In this document: positions 20,017-28,844 of the stretch, piece after piece
How the letters are laid out: every line of letters begins with the position of its first letter
How positions within the stretch are numbered: position 1 is the stretch's first letter
Source of the DNA: a virus
Lineage: Duplodnaviria > Caudoviricetes
Direction: 5' to 3' (one strand)
DNA: 64,000 nucleotides
Virus record (IMG/VR): IMGVR_UViG_2910942425_000008
Location: 1 to 64,000 of that record
Notes under the pieces: model-generated
What the model saw: only the letters and a program-made list of their open reading frames with translations
What the model was told of the DNA's origin: nothing
The model's database searches: none
Position numbers and translations under genes: made by a program

Positions 20017-20509
20017 CTACTTTATCTCTACTGTCTATTACTTCAATGATTATAGGATCGGTCTTAAAATCTTTTCCATTTGTTGTTATATCTACCTTCT
20101 CTGTTTGTTTGTTCCATTGTTCAGGCTTCCTGTTTTTAAGCCAGAATATCATAGAAGTAGGGTCAGGGGGGAGTTCTTGGTCTAATTCTACAATTTCAAC
20201 CCTCTCTGTCTCGAACCTCTTACCTTCTTCTGTATATGTTACCTCTTTAACCTTGAAAGCTTGCTGCGTTTTTATTTTCATGCCAATCGCCCGTCGATAA
20301 AGGGTACTTTCTACAATTACATCAAGCGGAGCACGTCCCTTTTTTAATGCTTCGGATAATTCGGTAATACGACCCTTTAATTCAGAGAAATAAGTTTCAT
20401 TATATCCGATATTGGCGGCAATCTGCTTGTCGTCTAACCCATCTCTCGCCCATCCTTCGATACGGAGAATGTTTTGTTTATCAGTAAAATCAAACTTAAC
20501 TTTTGCCAT
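19982..20509 (-). CDS. Terminase small subunit
   Basis: IEGWARDGLDDKQIA HTH; PPDPTSMIFWLKNRKPEQW. Confidence 0.9.
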   Translation of the reverse strand: MAKVKFDFTDKQNILRIEGWARDGLDDKQIAANIGYNETYFSELKGRITELSEALKKGRAPLDVIVESTLYRRAIGMKIKTQQAFKVKEVTYTEEGKRFETERVEIVELDQELPPDPTSMIFWLKNRKPEQWNKQTEKVDITTNGKDFKTDPIIIEVIDSRDKVDAKDSDNTDIQ

Positions 20510-20554
20510 TGCTCAACTCTCTATCATGTTTTCAAATAATTCACCTTTCACAAA

Positions 20555-21253
20555 CTACCCTATTCTTTCCACCATATTAGCAAATTCTTCTCCTTGGATA
20601 AATTTGGAATCTTGAGTAAACCCAAATCTTTGAAGAAACGATTCTTTTGCTTTTGTGTTTTTAAACACTAAGGATACGTATGTCTCATGATTGTCTACCA
20701 TTTCATTTGATTGCTTACGAACTTCCGCCTTTACATTCTTAACATGATCTTTCATCTCTTCATATGGCTTAGATAACTCTTGAAAATCTGCAACGATATC
20801 ATTTTGCACATCGAACGATATATCAATACCGATGATACTTAAATCTTGTTCTGTTAATCCCGCATTTTTGTAGTCTATATCTGGAATAATAGACGCCAGT
20901 ATATCGTAATCCCAACTACCCATTGCATTTGGGTTATTGAAAAATATATTCAACTCTTTCTCAGTTTTCTCATCAACCTCTATGAGCTCTACTTTTATCT
21001 TGTAGTCGTTTTCGGGGAAGTTATTCAGTTCATCAAGAATACTTACTTTTTGGTGCCCGGAAACAAGTGTATTGCTTGTTGTCTTATTTACGACAAGCCC
21101 CCCGACGACACCATATTTCTTTAAGCTACCTTTTAATTGCTTTCTTGCCTCATTTGATATTTTGCGTGGATTATATCCTGCAAGTTGAATCTCGGAGCGA
21201 TATAATTCAACTGTTTCAGACTTGAAGTATTTATTTAATTCGTCCTCTTTCAT
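20555..21253 (-). CDS. ParB/Srx N-terminal domain protein
   Basis: YNPRKIS...GGLVVN...LVSGHQ motifs. Confidence 0.85.
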   Translation of the reverse strand: MKEDELNKYFKSETVELYRSEIQLAGYNPRKISNEARKQLKGSLKKYGVVGGLVVNKTTSNTLVSGHQKVSILDELNNFPENDYKIKVELIEVDEKTEKELNIFFNNPNAMGSWDYDILASIIPDIDYKNAGLTEQDLSIIGIDISFDVQNDIVADFQELSKPYEEMKDHVKNVKAEVRKQSNEMVDNHETYVSLVFKNTKAKESFLQRFGFTQDSKFIQGEEFANMVERIG

Positions 21254-21944
21254 CGTTTTGGCTTCTTAGTGATTGTTGGTAATCGTATAGTATTTTTTCG
21301 CTTAACGGGAAAGCGGAAAGTATTTTCTGTAAATCTTGAGGATAATTATCTTTCAAAAAAAGATACACCTTTAGGTCAAACCATAGTCCGTTGCCTGCCT
21401 CTTTAGAATATTGTATCGGTTCAGGCAAGTTTCTTGATTTCAAATAAGCTAACACCTCTTTCTTTTTCCATAAAGACAATGGGTATACATTCTTTGTTTT
21501 ATTATTTATAGCCTGTAGATCGTAATCATCCCCACGGAGCATAAGCCTTCTATTGAGACTATCTGCTTGCTTCATGCCATAGAAACACCATTCGATGCCA
21601 GTTTTGACACGAACACGTTCTACAATGTCTTTAAGCAACAATAATTTTATTTTAGGATCAGGCTTGCAGTATAAGCCTATTTTTAATACCCTTGACATAT
21701 TCCAATGTGGGACTTCAATGAAAGAAACATTTGGGTATTTTACTTTTGAGTAGTTTATAAAGCGGTCAATATGGCTAAGCCCTTTTACGAAATACATATA
21801 AACGCACATCACCTCTTTGAAATGTGGTGCAATCAAATCCAACATCGCTATTGAATCTTTACCACAAGAGTAAAAAAGTAAAATGCGGTCGGTCTTTTGA
21901 CTAACCGCTTTTACAACTTGTTCTGTATGCGTTAGAACATTCAT
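21231..21944 (-). CDS. PAPS-reductase-family (PP-loop) protein
   Basis: FYSCGKDS PP-loop; GMKQADSLNRR; YPLSLW. Confidence 0.85.
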   Translation of the reverse strand: MNVLTHTEQVVKAVSQKTDRILLFYSCGKDSIAMLDLIAPHFKEVMCVYMYFVKGLSHIDRFINYSKVKYPNVSFIEVPHWNMSRVLKIGLYCKPDPKIKLLLLKDIVERVRVKTGIEWCFYGMKQADSLNRRLMLRGDDYDLQAINNKTKNVYPLSLWKKKEVLAYLKSRNLPEPIQYSKEAGNGLWFDLKVYLFLKDNYPQDLQKILSAFPLSEKILYDYQQSLRSQNDERGRIK

Positions 21945-22036
21945 TTTGCGCCAAAGAGCTTATTGTAGTCTCTTTGTTGCTGCGTCCTACTTTGAATACG
22001 CCCGTCAGCACCTCGTCTTGATCCAATTCTTGCCAT
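21941..22036 (-). CDS. 31-aa Arg/Gln-rich peptide
   Basis: MARIGSRRGADGRIQSRTQQQRDYNKLFGAK; its stop overlaps the PAPS-family start (ATGA). Confidence 0.55.
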   Translation of the reverse strand: MARIGSRRGADGRIQSRTQQQRDYNKLFGAK

Positions 22037-22040
22037 ATGT

Positions 22041-22433
22041 TTAACAATTAGTTTTATTTAATATTTTACCTAAAGAATATTCTATTTCTGAATAAATATA
22101 CTCTTTACCATCAAGTTCATATGTCAAATCTTTACCATCGTCATCAGTCAACATGTACACCATAGCGTCTTTCACTTCAATTAACATACTCCGCCTATCG
22201 GTTTCATAACCATGATAGAATTGAATAGCATCATATTTCACAGGCACGACCTCGTAATCTACGTCATCGGGCACCAGATTTTCGCTTTTGTAAGTTTTGC
22301 CGTTAACATCTACACATATTGCGTATTTGCTGAAACTCGCATTTGGGCGAATTTCTCTAACTTCACTTTTCTGTTCGCCTGACAATATACTATCAAACGT
22401 TTCTTTTCTTAAAACAAGTTGTAATACTTTCAT
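22041..22433 (-). CDS. ASCH/PUA-like domain protein
   Basis: FDSILSGEQKSEVREIRP ASCH signature; start moved to MKVLQL. Confidence 0.75.
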   Translation of the reverse strand: MKVLQLVLRKETFDSILSGEQKSEVREIRPNASFSKYAICVDVNGKTYKSENLVPDDVDYEVVPVKYDAIQFYHGYETDRRSMLIEVKDAMVYMLTDDDGKDLTYELDGKEYIYSEIEYSLGKILNKTNC

Positions 22434-22576
22434 TTTTAATGCAATCTTATTTGTTAAAGTTACCACTAATAAACACTATCTCTTAAAAATACGAATTATT
22501 GAGGCAAACCGTTTGCAAAGTGTTCGTAAAATAAAGACACCCATAAAAAAATGAGTGTCTTTTGAGTGACAAAACG

Positions 22577-23293
22577 CTATACTTCTATAGCTAGAAACTT
22601 GTTAATAAAATATATTTGACCTTTGCCAGTTACTTTTGTCGTTTTGTTGATTGTTGTATGATCTGAATGGGTAACAACGGTTTCTTTGATTTCGAACAGA
22701 CCTAAATCCATAGCTCTTTGAGTGGGCGCGTTATAGTCTGTGCCTTTGCGACTGATAAGGTAATTGTTTTGCCTTAACCATTCGAAAAGACGGTTTTGAC
22801 CGATTTCGACACCATTCTGTTTTAATATTTTAGCAAGCTCACCTATAAGGATAGATGTTTTTGCAGCACTTACAGCATTTGTAAATAATACTTTCGGGGC
22901 ATTCTCTTTGGCTTCTATTTTCAGCCGTTCGTTTTCTTCTGCTTTATCGGCTAACTCTCGCAAAGCTTCTGAATAACTTTGTGGCAAAGCAATCTTTTGA
23001 GCTTTTAGTTCCAATTCTTCCCAACGGAGGATAAGTTTCGCTCTCGCTTCATCATTGAATTTTGTTGCGACATAGAGGCTTTCTGTTTTTGAAAGTTCGT
23101 ACATAGGTAATTTTCTGCCTGTTGAATCTTTATAATCACTGACGTTAAATTTGACGCCAGTAATTCTAGCCCAGGCATCTTCCATGTTCCTGATCGCCTT
23201 TAACACATTATCATGTGTTTTACCTGTAATCTCTGCAATTTCTCTACTAGAGATTGTTTTCTGATTAAATTTTTCTAATTTTGTTGCTGTCAT
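22577..23293 (-). CDS. Rha-family/KilA-C (ANT) phage antirepressor
   Basis: ISSREIAEITGKTHDNVLKAIR (Rha); APKVLF...TTKVTGKGQIYFINKF (ANT). Confidence 0.9.
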   Translation of the reverse strand: MTATKLEKFNQKTISSREIAEITGKTHDNVLKAIRNMEDAWARITGVKFNVSDYKDSTGRKLPMYELSKTESLYVATKFNDEARAKLILRWEELELKAQKIALPQSYSEALRELADKAEENERLKIEAKENAPKVLFTNAVSAAKTSILIGELAKILKQNGVEIGQNRLFEWLRQNNYLISRKGTDYNAPTQRAMDLGLFEIKETVVTHSDHTTINKTTKVTGKGQIYFINKFLAIEV

Positions 23294-23320
23294 AAGATTT
23301 GATTATTTAATGTTTATGAT

Positions 23321-23520
23321 AACAAAGAGGTTATCGCACCGGCCAAAGTTTGATTGACCTCTTTGTTTTTATTACTACTCTCTTTCATTTTCATATATCA
23401 TTTTATTAAAAGAAAAGTCATCAATCAAAAAGTTGCATGTTGTGGCAGTCTGCAACTAATCAATTAATGACTTCTTATATTTTTATCAACGACTGCCACG
23501 AAGTTGAATTATTTTGCAAT
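23321..23520 (-). ncRNA. Structured leader or putative antisense-type RNA upstream of the antirepressor
   Basis: Nested stems with a loop complementary to an upstream 9-mer, plus a second 11-bp hairpin. Confidence 0.45.
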
Positions 23521-23639
23521 ATTAAGAATAAAATTTATCAAAAACAAACTTAATTGTCTGATTATTAATGTATTGTATTGTTGTAACGCTACAATATATA
23601 CGGTGTAACTGATTGATTTTTATGGGGTGGCTTTAAGCA

Positions 23640-23891
23640 TTATAAATAAGTCTCTGAAACATCCTCTCTGACAAGTTCGCTTATTGCCGAACTAATATCA
23701 CAGATAGTTGATGTGCAATCTGATTCAGCATCGGTTACCGAGTTTCTGTACCCTACTAATTCGCAACCCTCTTTATAATCTGGCACATTTGCTAATATGA
23801 TTTCTTTCGCAGCATTCAAAAGTTTTAAGGCTTCTGTAAAAGCGTCTATTCTTTTTTGGTATCTTGAACCTTTGATTTCTATTGTTGCCAT
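23640..23891 (-). CDS. Hypothetical protein
   Basis: Co-oriented small ORF. Confidence 0.55.
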   Translation of the reverse strand: MATIEIKGSRYQKRIDAFTEALKLLNAAKEIILANVPDYKEGCELVGYRNSVTDAESDCTSTICDISSAISELVREDVSETYL

Positions 23892-23902
23892 GATGGTAGG
23901 TA

Positions 23903-24154
23903 TTAAAATATTTCTTCTATTCTATTTCTCACCTTTTTGTAATAACCTTTTTCGAGCATACTGACTTCCGTGTGGCAATTTATATCTGTTAGCCGGTATT
24001 CTATCAGAGCGCATTTGTAGGGGTCGATATCTCTTGCTTTTTCATGTTCGCTTACAAGCTTCATGATGCCATCATAATCTATACCCCAACGGTTCTTTGC
24101 ATTTAAGGCTCTCATTTTGTCCATATCGGACTCTTTTAATTTAATTGTACTCAT
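23903..24154 (-). CDS. Hypothetical protein
   Basis: IEYRLTDINCH motif seen in Bacteroidetes phages. Confidence 0.55.
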   Translation of the reverse strand: MSTIKLKESDMDKMRALNAKNRWGIDYDGIMKLVSEHEKARDIDPYKCALIEYRLTDINCHTEVSMLEKGYYKKVRNRIEEIF

Positions 24155-24206
24155 AATCGTTGATATTTATATTATTTATATTTATTCTCTGTTTTTGGGG
24201 GGTAAA

Positions 24207-24434
24207 TTAATCACCTGAATATGCACCATTAGCATAATAACTGTCTATCTGGTATTGGCTCATTACTGTAGGGCTTGATACTCTCTGAGGCTTTAATACT
24301 TCGATAACCATATAGAACTTATCCCTGCGAGCTTTAGACCACGCCAGTGTCAAAGCCTGTGACATTGTGAAGCCTTCATGTTTTCTCAGGTGGTGAGCAA
24401 GGCGCATGATTTTGGATTTGTTGTAACGTATCAT
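24207..24434 (-). CDS. Hypothetical protein with MSQALTLAW motif
   Basis: Related to the N-terminus of 13564-13887; start moved to MIRYNK. Confidence 0.65.
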   Translation of the reverse strand: MIRYNKSKIMRLAHHLRKHEGFTMSQALTLAWSKARRDKFYMVIEVLKPQRVSSPTVMSQYQIDSYYANGAYSGD

Positions 24435-24590
24435 AATTGTAGCGTTTAAATTACTTTCTTGATTCAAAAGTAATATATAAATTACACAGAACAATAGGTA
24501 ATAGAAACTTTAACATTACTTTAATATTTACATAGTAGTTTATATATTACAATTGCTTATTTTTGCATGTAACTTATAAATTACTATAAT

Positions 24591-24872
24591 ATGTCATTGA
24601 GAATAAAAGAGGTTTTAAAAGAGAAAGGATATACTATACAATCATTATCAGAAGTGATGGGAGTAAATAGAGTGTCTCTTACGAATAGTATTAATGGTAA
24701 TCCAACTGTTGAAACTTTAGAGAAAATAGCATCAACAATAGGAGTAGATATTTCAGAACTATTTATTAGTGATGGGATAATGGGTATAATAAGGGCGAAA
24801 GGAATTACTTACGAAATAAATTCCATTGAGGATTTGAAAAAAATTTTGGCTGAAATAGAAAGTGTTAAATAA
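24591..24872 (+). CDS. Xre-family HTH regulator
   Basis: LRIKEVLKEKG...GNPTVETLEKIASTIGV. Confidence 0.88.
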   Translation: MSLRIKEVLKEKGYTIQSLSEVMGVNRVSLTNSINGNPTVETLEKIASTIGVDISELFISDGIMGIIRAKGITYEINSIEDLKKILAEIESVK

Positions 24873-24908
24873 TTTTATAGCTTTGTATCATAATCTAAAA
24901 TTTATGAT

Positions 24909-25493
24909 ATGAAGAAATTATTATTAGTTCTGCCTTTAATATCTTTTTTCATCAGTGGATGTTCTACTTCCAATAAGAATCAATCAGATGTACTAACACA
25001 TAAAGCCGATTCACTTCATAATGTAATTCAGGAGATAACAAAAAACGAGGACAACTACATAGAAATCCCATTTTCTAAACTTATCTCATTATTCAATTCT
25101 GATTCATTGCATTTTGATAAATCTATAAAAGATATTGGCTTTAATCGAAACGAAAATTCTATACTATATTTCAAAGATGGGTTTAGAGTTGACACTAAGG
25201 GTATAGGGATAGGTCATTTCATGTTTCATAATATACCTATGATTTTTAGAACGTACGATGTAGATTGGCTTACATATACCTTCCCTATCAATCGTCTTTC
25301 ATATTATAAAACTTCAATTTTAGAGAAAGGCGAATTCACAAAATTATATGAACAAGAAGTCGTTTTTATAGATAAATACAATATTAATTTTGTTCGTGAA
25401 GTTTATGTTGACCGCATAAGCAAATTAGAGTATGAAGTTTCATATTATAAAGATTATGGTAAAATAAGGATATCAACAAGAAATTATTGGTAA
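24909..25493 (+). CDS. Lipoprotein (moron; possible superinfection exclusion)
   Basis: MKKLLL...FISGC lipobox; opposite strand to the lytic operons. Confidence 0.7.
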   Translation: MKKLLLVLPLISFFISGCSTSNKNQSDVLTHKADSLHNVIQEITKNEDNYIEIPFSKLISLFNSDSLHFDKSIKDIGFNRNENSILYFKDGFRVDTKGIGIGHFMFHNIPMIFRTYDVDWLTYTFPINRLSYYKTSILEKGEFTKLYEQEVVFIDKYNINFVREVYVDRISKLEYEVSYYKDYGKIRISTRNYW

Positions 25494-25507
25494 CTCTTAA
25501 TCTTTAT

Positions 25508-25609
25508 GTTGTGATAATCTTTCAAATAAAGAGGATATACACCCAGCGCAGGGATTTTCCGGAGTAATCAAAAGTTGTGATAATCTTTCAAATAAAGAGG
25601 ATATACACC
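25508..25609 (-). CRISPR. Mini CRISPR array: two identical 36-bp repeats and one 30-bp spacer, type VI-B-like, no cas genes
   Basis: Repeat GGTGTATATCCTCTTTATTTGAAAGATTATCACAAC at 25508-25543 and 25574-25609; spacer TTTTGATTACTCCGGAAAATCCCTGCGCTG; 36/30 geometry and CACAAC end as in Cas13b repeats. Confidence 0.72.
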
Positions 25610-25620
25610 ATATCCTCTAT

Positions 25621-26040
25621 TTATTTCAACCCCTCCATTTCGACCTTAAATTGCATCTCGGCTAACACAACATCACAATTTCCCCTAAATTTAGTGTACT
25701 TTTCGTAATAGAAAGTAAGATTCTTCATTAGGTTACTGATATGCGAGGGCGAAAGTCCGAATAATATAGCTAACGATTGACGTAAACCCCTTATGAGAAA
25801 GTCATCCGCTAAAGCACGAGGACAATAAAGTATCAATATGCAATATAAAAACACTTGCCTATATTCGGTGTTGTCTTTCCCCGGAAAATCCTGTATTTCG
25901 TTCGCTATAACTTCGAACCAATTATACAGCAAAGGAATATGTTGCAGATCTGTTAATTGAGGCTTTAGTATCTTTGATTCCAGAATCTCAATTCTTTGTC
26001 TTAATTCTGATAATTCTTGTAAGTTTTTTATTGTTTCCAT
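25621..26040 (-). CDS. Conserved Bacteroidetes phage protein, possibly a transcriptional regulator
   Basis: FLYCILILYCPRALA...GLRQSLA...PSHISN pattern. Confidence 0.6.
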   Translation of the reverse strand: METIKNLQELSELRQRIEILESKILKPQLTDLQHIPLLYNWFEVIANEIQDFPGKDNTEYRQVFLYCILILYCPRALADDFLIRGLRQSLAILFGLSPSHISNLMKNLTFYYEKYTKFRGNCDVVLAEMQFKVEMEGLK

Positions 26041-26104
26041 ACTCTGAAATATAAATTAATGTTTAACTTTGTATTACAGAGTTCTTTTTATAAAATTAGA
26101 CGTT

Positions 26105-26172
26105 TAAAGGGGCAGCCTTAGTCGTGTGGGGTTGCCTTTTTTTATGAAAAAAGCCTCCGGGATTGGAGGCTA
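26105..26172 (-). terminator. Tandem intrinsic terminators
   Basis: AGCCTCC/GGAGGCT stem followed by U6, and a second GC-rich hairpin. Confidence 0.65.
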
Positions 26173-26202
26173 AAATGTTCGGCGTTTTTTTTAAATGGTA
26201 AA

Positions 26203-26850
26203 TTATCCCGTTTTTTTAGATAATAGAGCTATATGAATATCAGAGTCCAAAACTAAACCTCCATTAAGGACATGTTCTATTAATCCATCCGGCAATGCCC
26301 TTGTTTGCTCAAGCGTTGGTCTTTTCCATTTATATACACGAACATAGTCCGGTATATTCTTATACGATTTTGTATGTTGCATAAAAGCTCCGCAATCGCA
26401 TTTTATCATAAAAGGAGTAACCCCTTTGTCTTCGTATAATGTAACTTTATGCCTGTTACATTTTTCACATTCGTATAAATCATATATTCCGCGCCCGTCA
26501 TATATATTAGCATCTTCAATGGTTGATGCCATTTCAATATATCTTTCTGTTATTGTTTCTTTATTCATGGAACTTTCTTTTTTAAATGGTAAATCACTCT
26601 TTTCTATATACTTTAACCGGAAATAATCAATGAGAGTCCTAATCTTAAAGCATATCCCTTTCACAAAGCAGTAAGGTTGTAACAGTAAGCCCCCTCTACG
26701 CCAAATCATATCAGGTTTGAATCCCAGGCTTTCAGCGCCGGAATAATGGTAATACTCGTGGCTCTGACATCTTTTGCATATCAAATACCCCGAATCGTTA
26801 TAGTCTTTGCCGGTCTTATGACCAAATAGTGTACATAGTATATTTCTCAT
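26203..26850 (-). CDS. Cys-rich hypothetical protein, possibly two genes fused in frame
   Basis: CTLFGH...CKRC N-terminal module; second ATG (MNKET) followed by CEKC/CDC motifs. Confidence 0.5.
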   Translation of the reverse strand: MRNILCTLFGHKTGKDYNDSGYLICKRCQSHEYYHYSGAESLGFKPDMIWRRGGLLLQPYCFVKGICFKIRTLIDYFRLKYIEKSDLPFKKESSMNKETITERYIEMASTIEDANIYDGRGIYDLYECEKCNRHKVTLYEDKGVTPFMIKCDCGAFMQHTKSYKNIPDYVRVYKWKRPTLEQTRALPDGLIEHVLNGGLVLDSDIHIALLSKKTG

Positions 26851-26865
26851 TATTATGATATTTTA

Positions 26866-27084
26866 TTACCAATATTCTTTTACCTGACCTCTCATCCACG
26901 AATTGTAAGGATGATAAGATTTAGGAAATTTCCTATCCATTTTGTCCCAATTATCCTCGAAACTTAATTCGTTCACATAGATTATCCCTGAGTATTGAGT
27001 CCTGCCAATAGCTTTTATACAGGCTTTTTTTCTTTTTCTAGGTAGCTTGACCTTCTTTGTTTTTATAATGGTTCTTTCAATCAT
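26866..27084 (-). CDS. Hypothetical protein
   Basis: KLPRKRKKA motif. Confidence 0.55.
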   Translation of the reverse strand: MIERTIIKTKKVKLPRKRKKACIKAIGRTQYSGIIYVNELSFEDNWDKMDRKFPKSYHPYNSWMRGQVKEYW

Positions 27085-27757
27085 GTTTCTCTGGTTTATC
27101 AGTCAATTCATAATCATATACCCATACATAAGGGTTGCTCTCCCAAGTGCCTTTACCGTTTATTCTGTTAATGAGAGCTGCGTAAGCATCTCGGGGCGAA
27201 TCATACAATGTTCTTGTTTTCTCCCAAATTCCATCTAATTTACTCTTTCCCCATACATCATTGACATAATGGCGGTTATCATATTTACTAACTTCGATAC
27301 CCTCTTTGATACAATCTTCATCCGATATATCTTGCAACCGCTCGGCTCTGAGGTCTGTAACCTTTATAAAGTGTCGGGCAGCAGAAGCAGGCATAAAGAG
27401 TTTGTTTTGCCATTTTACCAAATCTCCATATACAGAATCTAAAATACTTGTATCATTTCCATACTGATACAATATTTTTCCTCCCTTGTATGTTAGAGTT
27501 TCATGTATGGGAAAAACGGTAAAGAACATATCGCTATCATCAATATATGGCTCTTTGAGATACAGCACCTCTCCAACATTATAACGAGGTCTTATTATCT
27601 TCTCTTTACCGTATACATCTACGCCTGCTACTGATATAGCCTTATCATATATTCTTATGTTGAATAACCCCTTTGTGCCAATTATCCGTCTTGTTTGGGT
27701 TTTTATTCCTTTCACCGTTTTTTCGTGCAACGGTGGTATAAAGCAAATTCCTTTCAT
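27077..27757 (-). CDS. ASCH/PUA-like phage protein (KTQTRR family)
   Basis: KTQTRRII...FMPASAAR...ERLQDISDEDCIKEG...WESNPYVWVY. Confidence 0.75.
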   Translation of the reverse strand: MKGICFIPPLHEKTVKGIKTQTRRIIGTKGLFNIRIYDKAISVAGVDVYGKEKIIRPRYNVGEVLYLKEPYIDDSDMFFTVFPIHETLTYKGGKILYQYGNDTSILDSVYGDLVKWQNKLFMPASAARHFIKVTDLRAERLQDISDEDCIKEGIEVSKYDNRHYVNDVWGKSKLDGIWEKTRTLYDSPRDAYAALINRINGKGTWESNPYVWVYDYELTDKPEKHD

Positions 27758-28059
27758 GATTGATTCCTCCTTTTTCTGATTGTTTTTACATATACAACTT
27801 CCATTTCTGGATTATCCTCTGAATATTTATATAGTTCATTGTAGGCTTCTATTAGAGAGTCTATATCTTTAAATTCCCTATCATCGTTATCGATATAATA
27901 TGTTGTACTTGGCTTGCCAAAGCTGAATCCATCTGATAGTCTTGGAGTAACTGTTTCGGCAGAAATTTTATTGACATCATCTCTGTATTGTGATATATGA
28001 CCATCGGATAGACCTATGCTATGTATAAATTTTAGATGTATATCCATTCTGGTTATCAT
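27754..28059 (-). CDS. Hypothetical protein
   Basis: Overlapping chain of ORFs. Confidence 0.6.
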   Translation of the reverse strand: MITRMDIHLKFIHSIGLSDGHISQYRDDVNKISAETVTPRLSDGFSFGKPSTTYYIDNDDREFKDIDSLIEAYNELYKYSEDNPEMEVVYVKTIRKRRNQS

Positions 28060-28427
28060 ATCTTCTCTATTAAATAGGTTAATACTGCATCAAGTAAATC
28101 GGATTCGGCTTGATGGTAAGTGTTTCCATAAATATCCTCACAAACGAAATATGGATTGTCGGTAAAAAAATGGCCATGATAATAGATTTCGTTATCTACA
28201 TCGTATCCGCAACCAACACCGCAATAAATACCCTTGTTATCTCTTATCCATTGCAGAGCCTCGGAGGCAGAAGGTGCGGAAATACAATCTTCATCGTTTT
28301 GATTATTCCAGTCGAACCTTCCGTAGTTTTCTTCCATATCTCCATCCATCCAATATATATCGCTTGTCTCTCTGTCAAAACCCAATTTTTTCAGCTTCTT
28401 TGCTTGCTCAAATGTTACTATATTCAT
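28056..28427 (-). CDS. Conserved phage hypothetical protein
   Basis: VTFEQAKKLKKLGF...SAP...ALQWIR motif. Confidence 0.7.
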   Translation of the reverse strand: MNIVTFEQAKKLKKLGFDRETSDIYWMDGDMEENYGRFDWNNQNDEDCISAPSASEALQWIRDNKGIYCGVGCGYDVDNEIYYHGHFFTDNPYFVCEDIYGNTYHQAESDLLDAVLTYLIEKI

Positions 28428-28591
28428 ATTTTAAAGTTCTTTTCCGTCAATTGGTAAATTTTCCATGCAGTAATCATCCCAGCATTGGTAACACATTGCG
28501 TAAGGCGTGTTATCAGGCACTTCGGTTGCGTCAAATTCCTTTCCGCAATCTTCACAAATGTTTGTTTCTGTTTCGTTCATGATGTGTAGTA

Positions 28592-28837
28592 TCAGTTTCT
28601 GAATGCTTTAATAAAATCTTCTAATTCTTCATCGCATGAAAAGCAAATAGGTATAGGGCTTGCATCTGTAAAGGGTTCTACTTGAAAATCCCAAAAAGCA
28701 TCCATGTGTAATATTGATTTATCATTTAGTTTTAGTTCGTTCCATCTTTCGTATGGGTGATTTCCCCCATTGTCTGTTTCAATAAAACCTAATCCCCATA
28801 GGTATTCATATTCTGGTCTATAATCTTGATATGCCAT
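28592..28837 (-). CDS. Hypothetical protein
   Basis: Co-oriented ORF. Confidence 0.55.
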   Translation of the reverse strand: MAYQDYRPEYEYLWGLGFIETDNGGNHPYERWNELKLNDKSILHMDAFWDFQVEPFTDASPIPICFSCDEELEDFIKAFRN

Positions 28838-28844
28838 AGTTTTT

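Noticed and set aside
25881-25891. 11-nt match between the mini-array spacer and the adjacent gene (GGATTTTCCGG)
   Set aside because: Too short for Cas13 targeting and plausible by chance; no full protospacer seen in the window.
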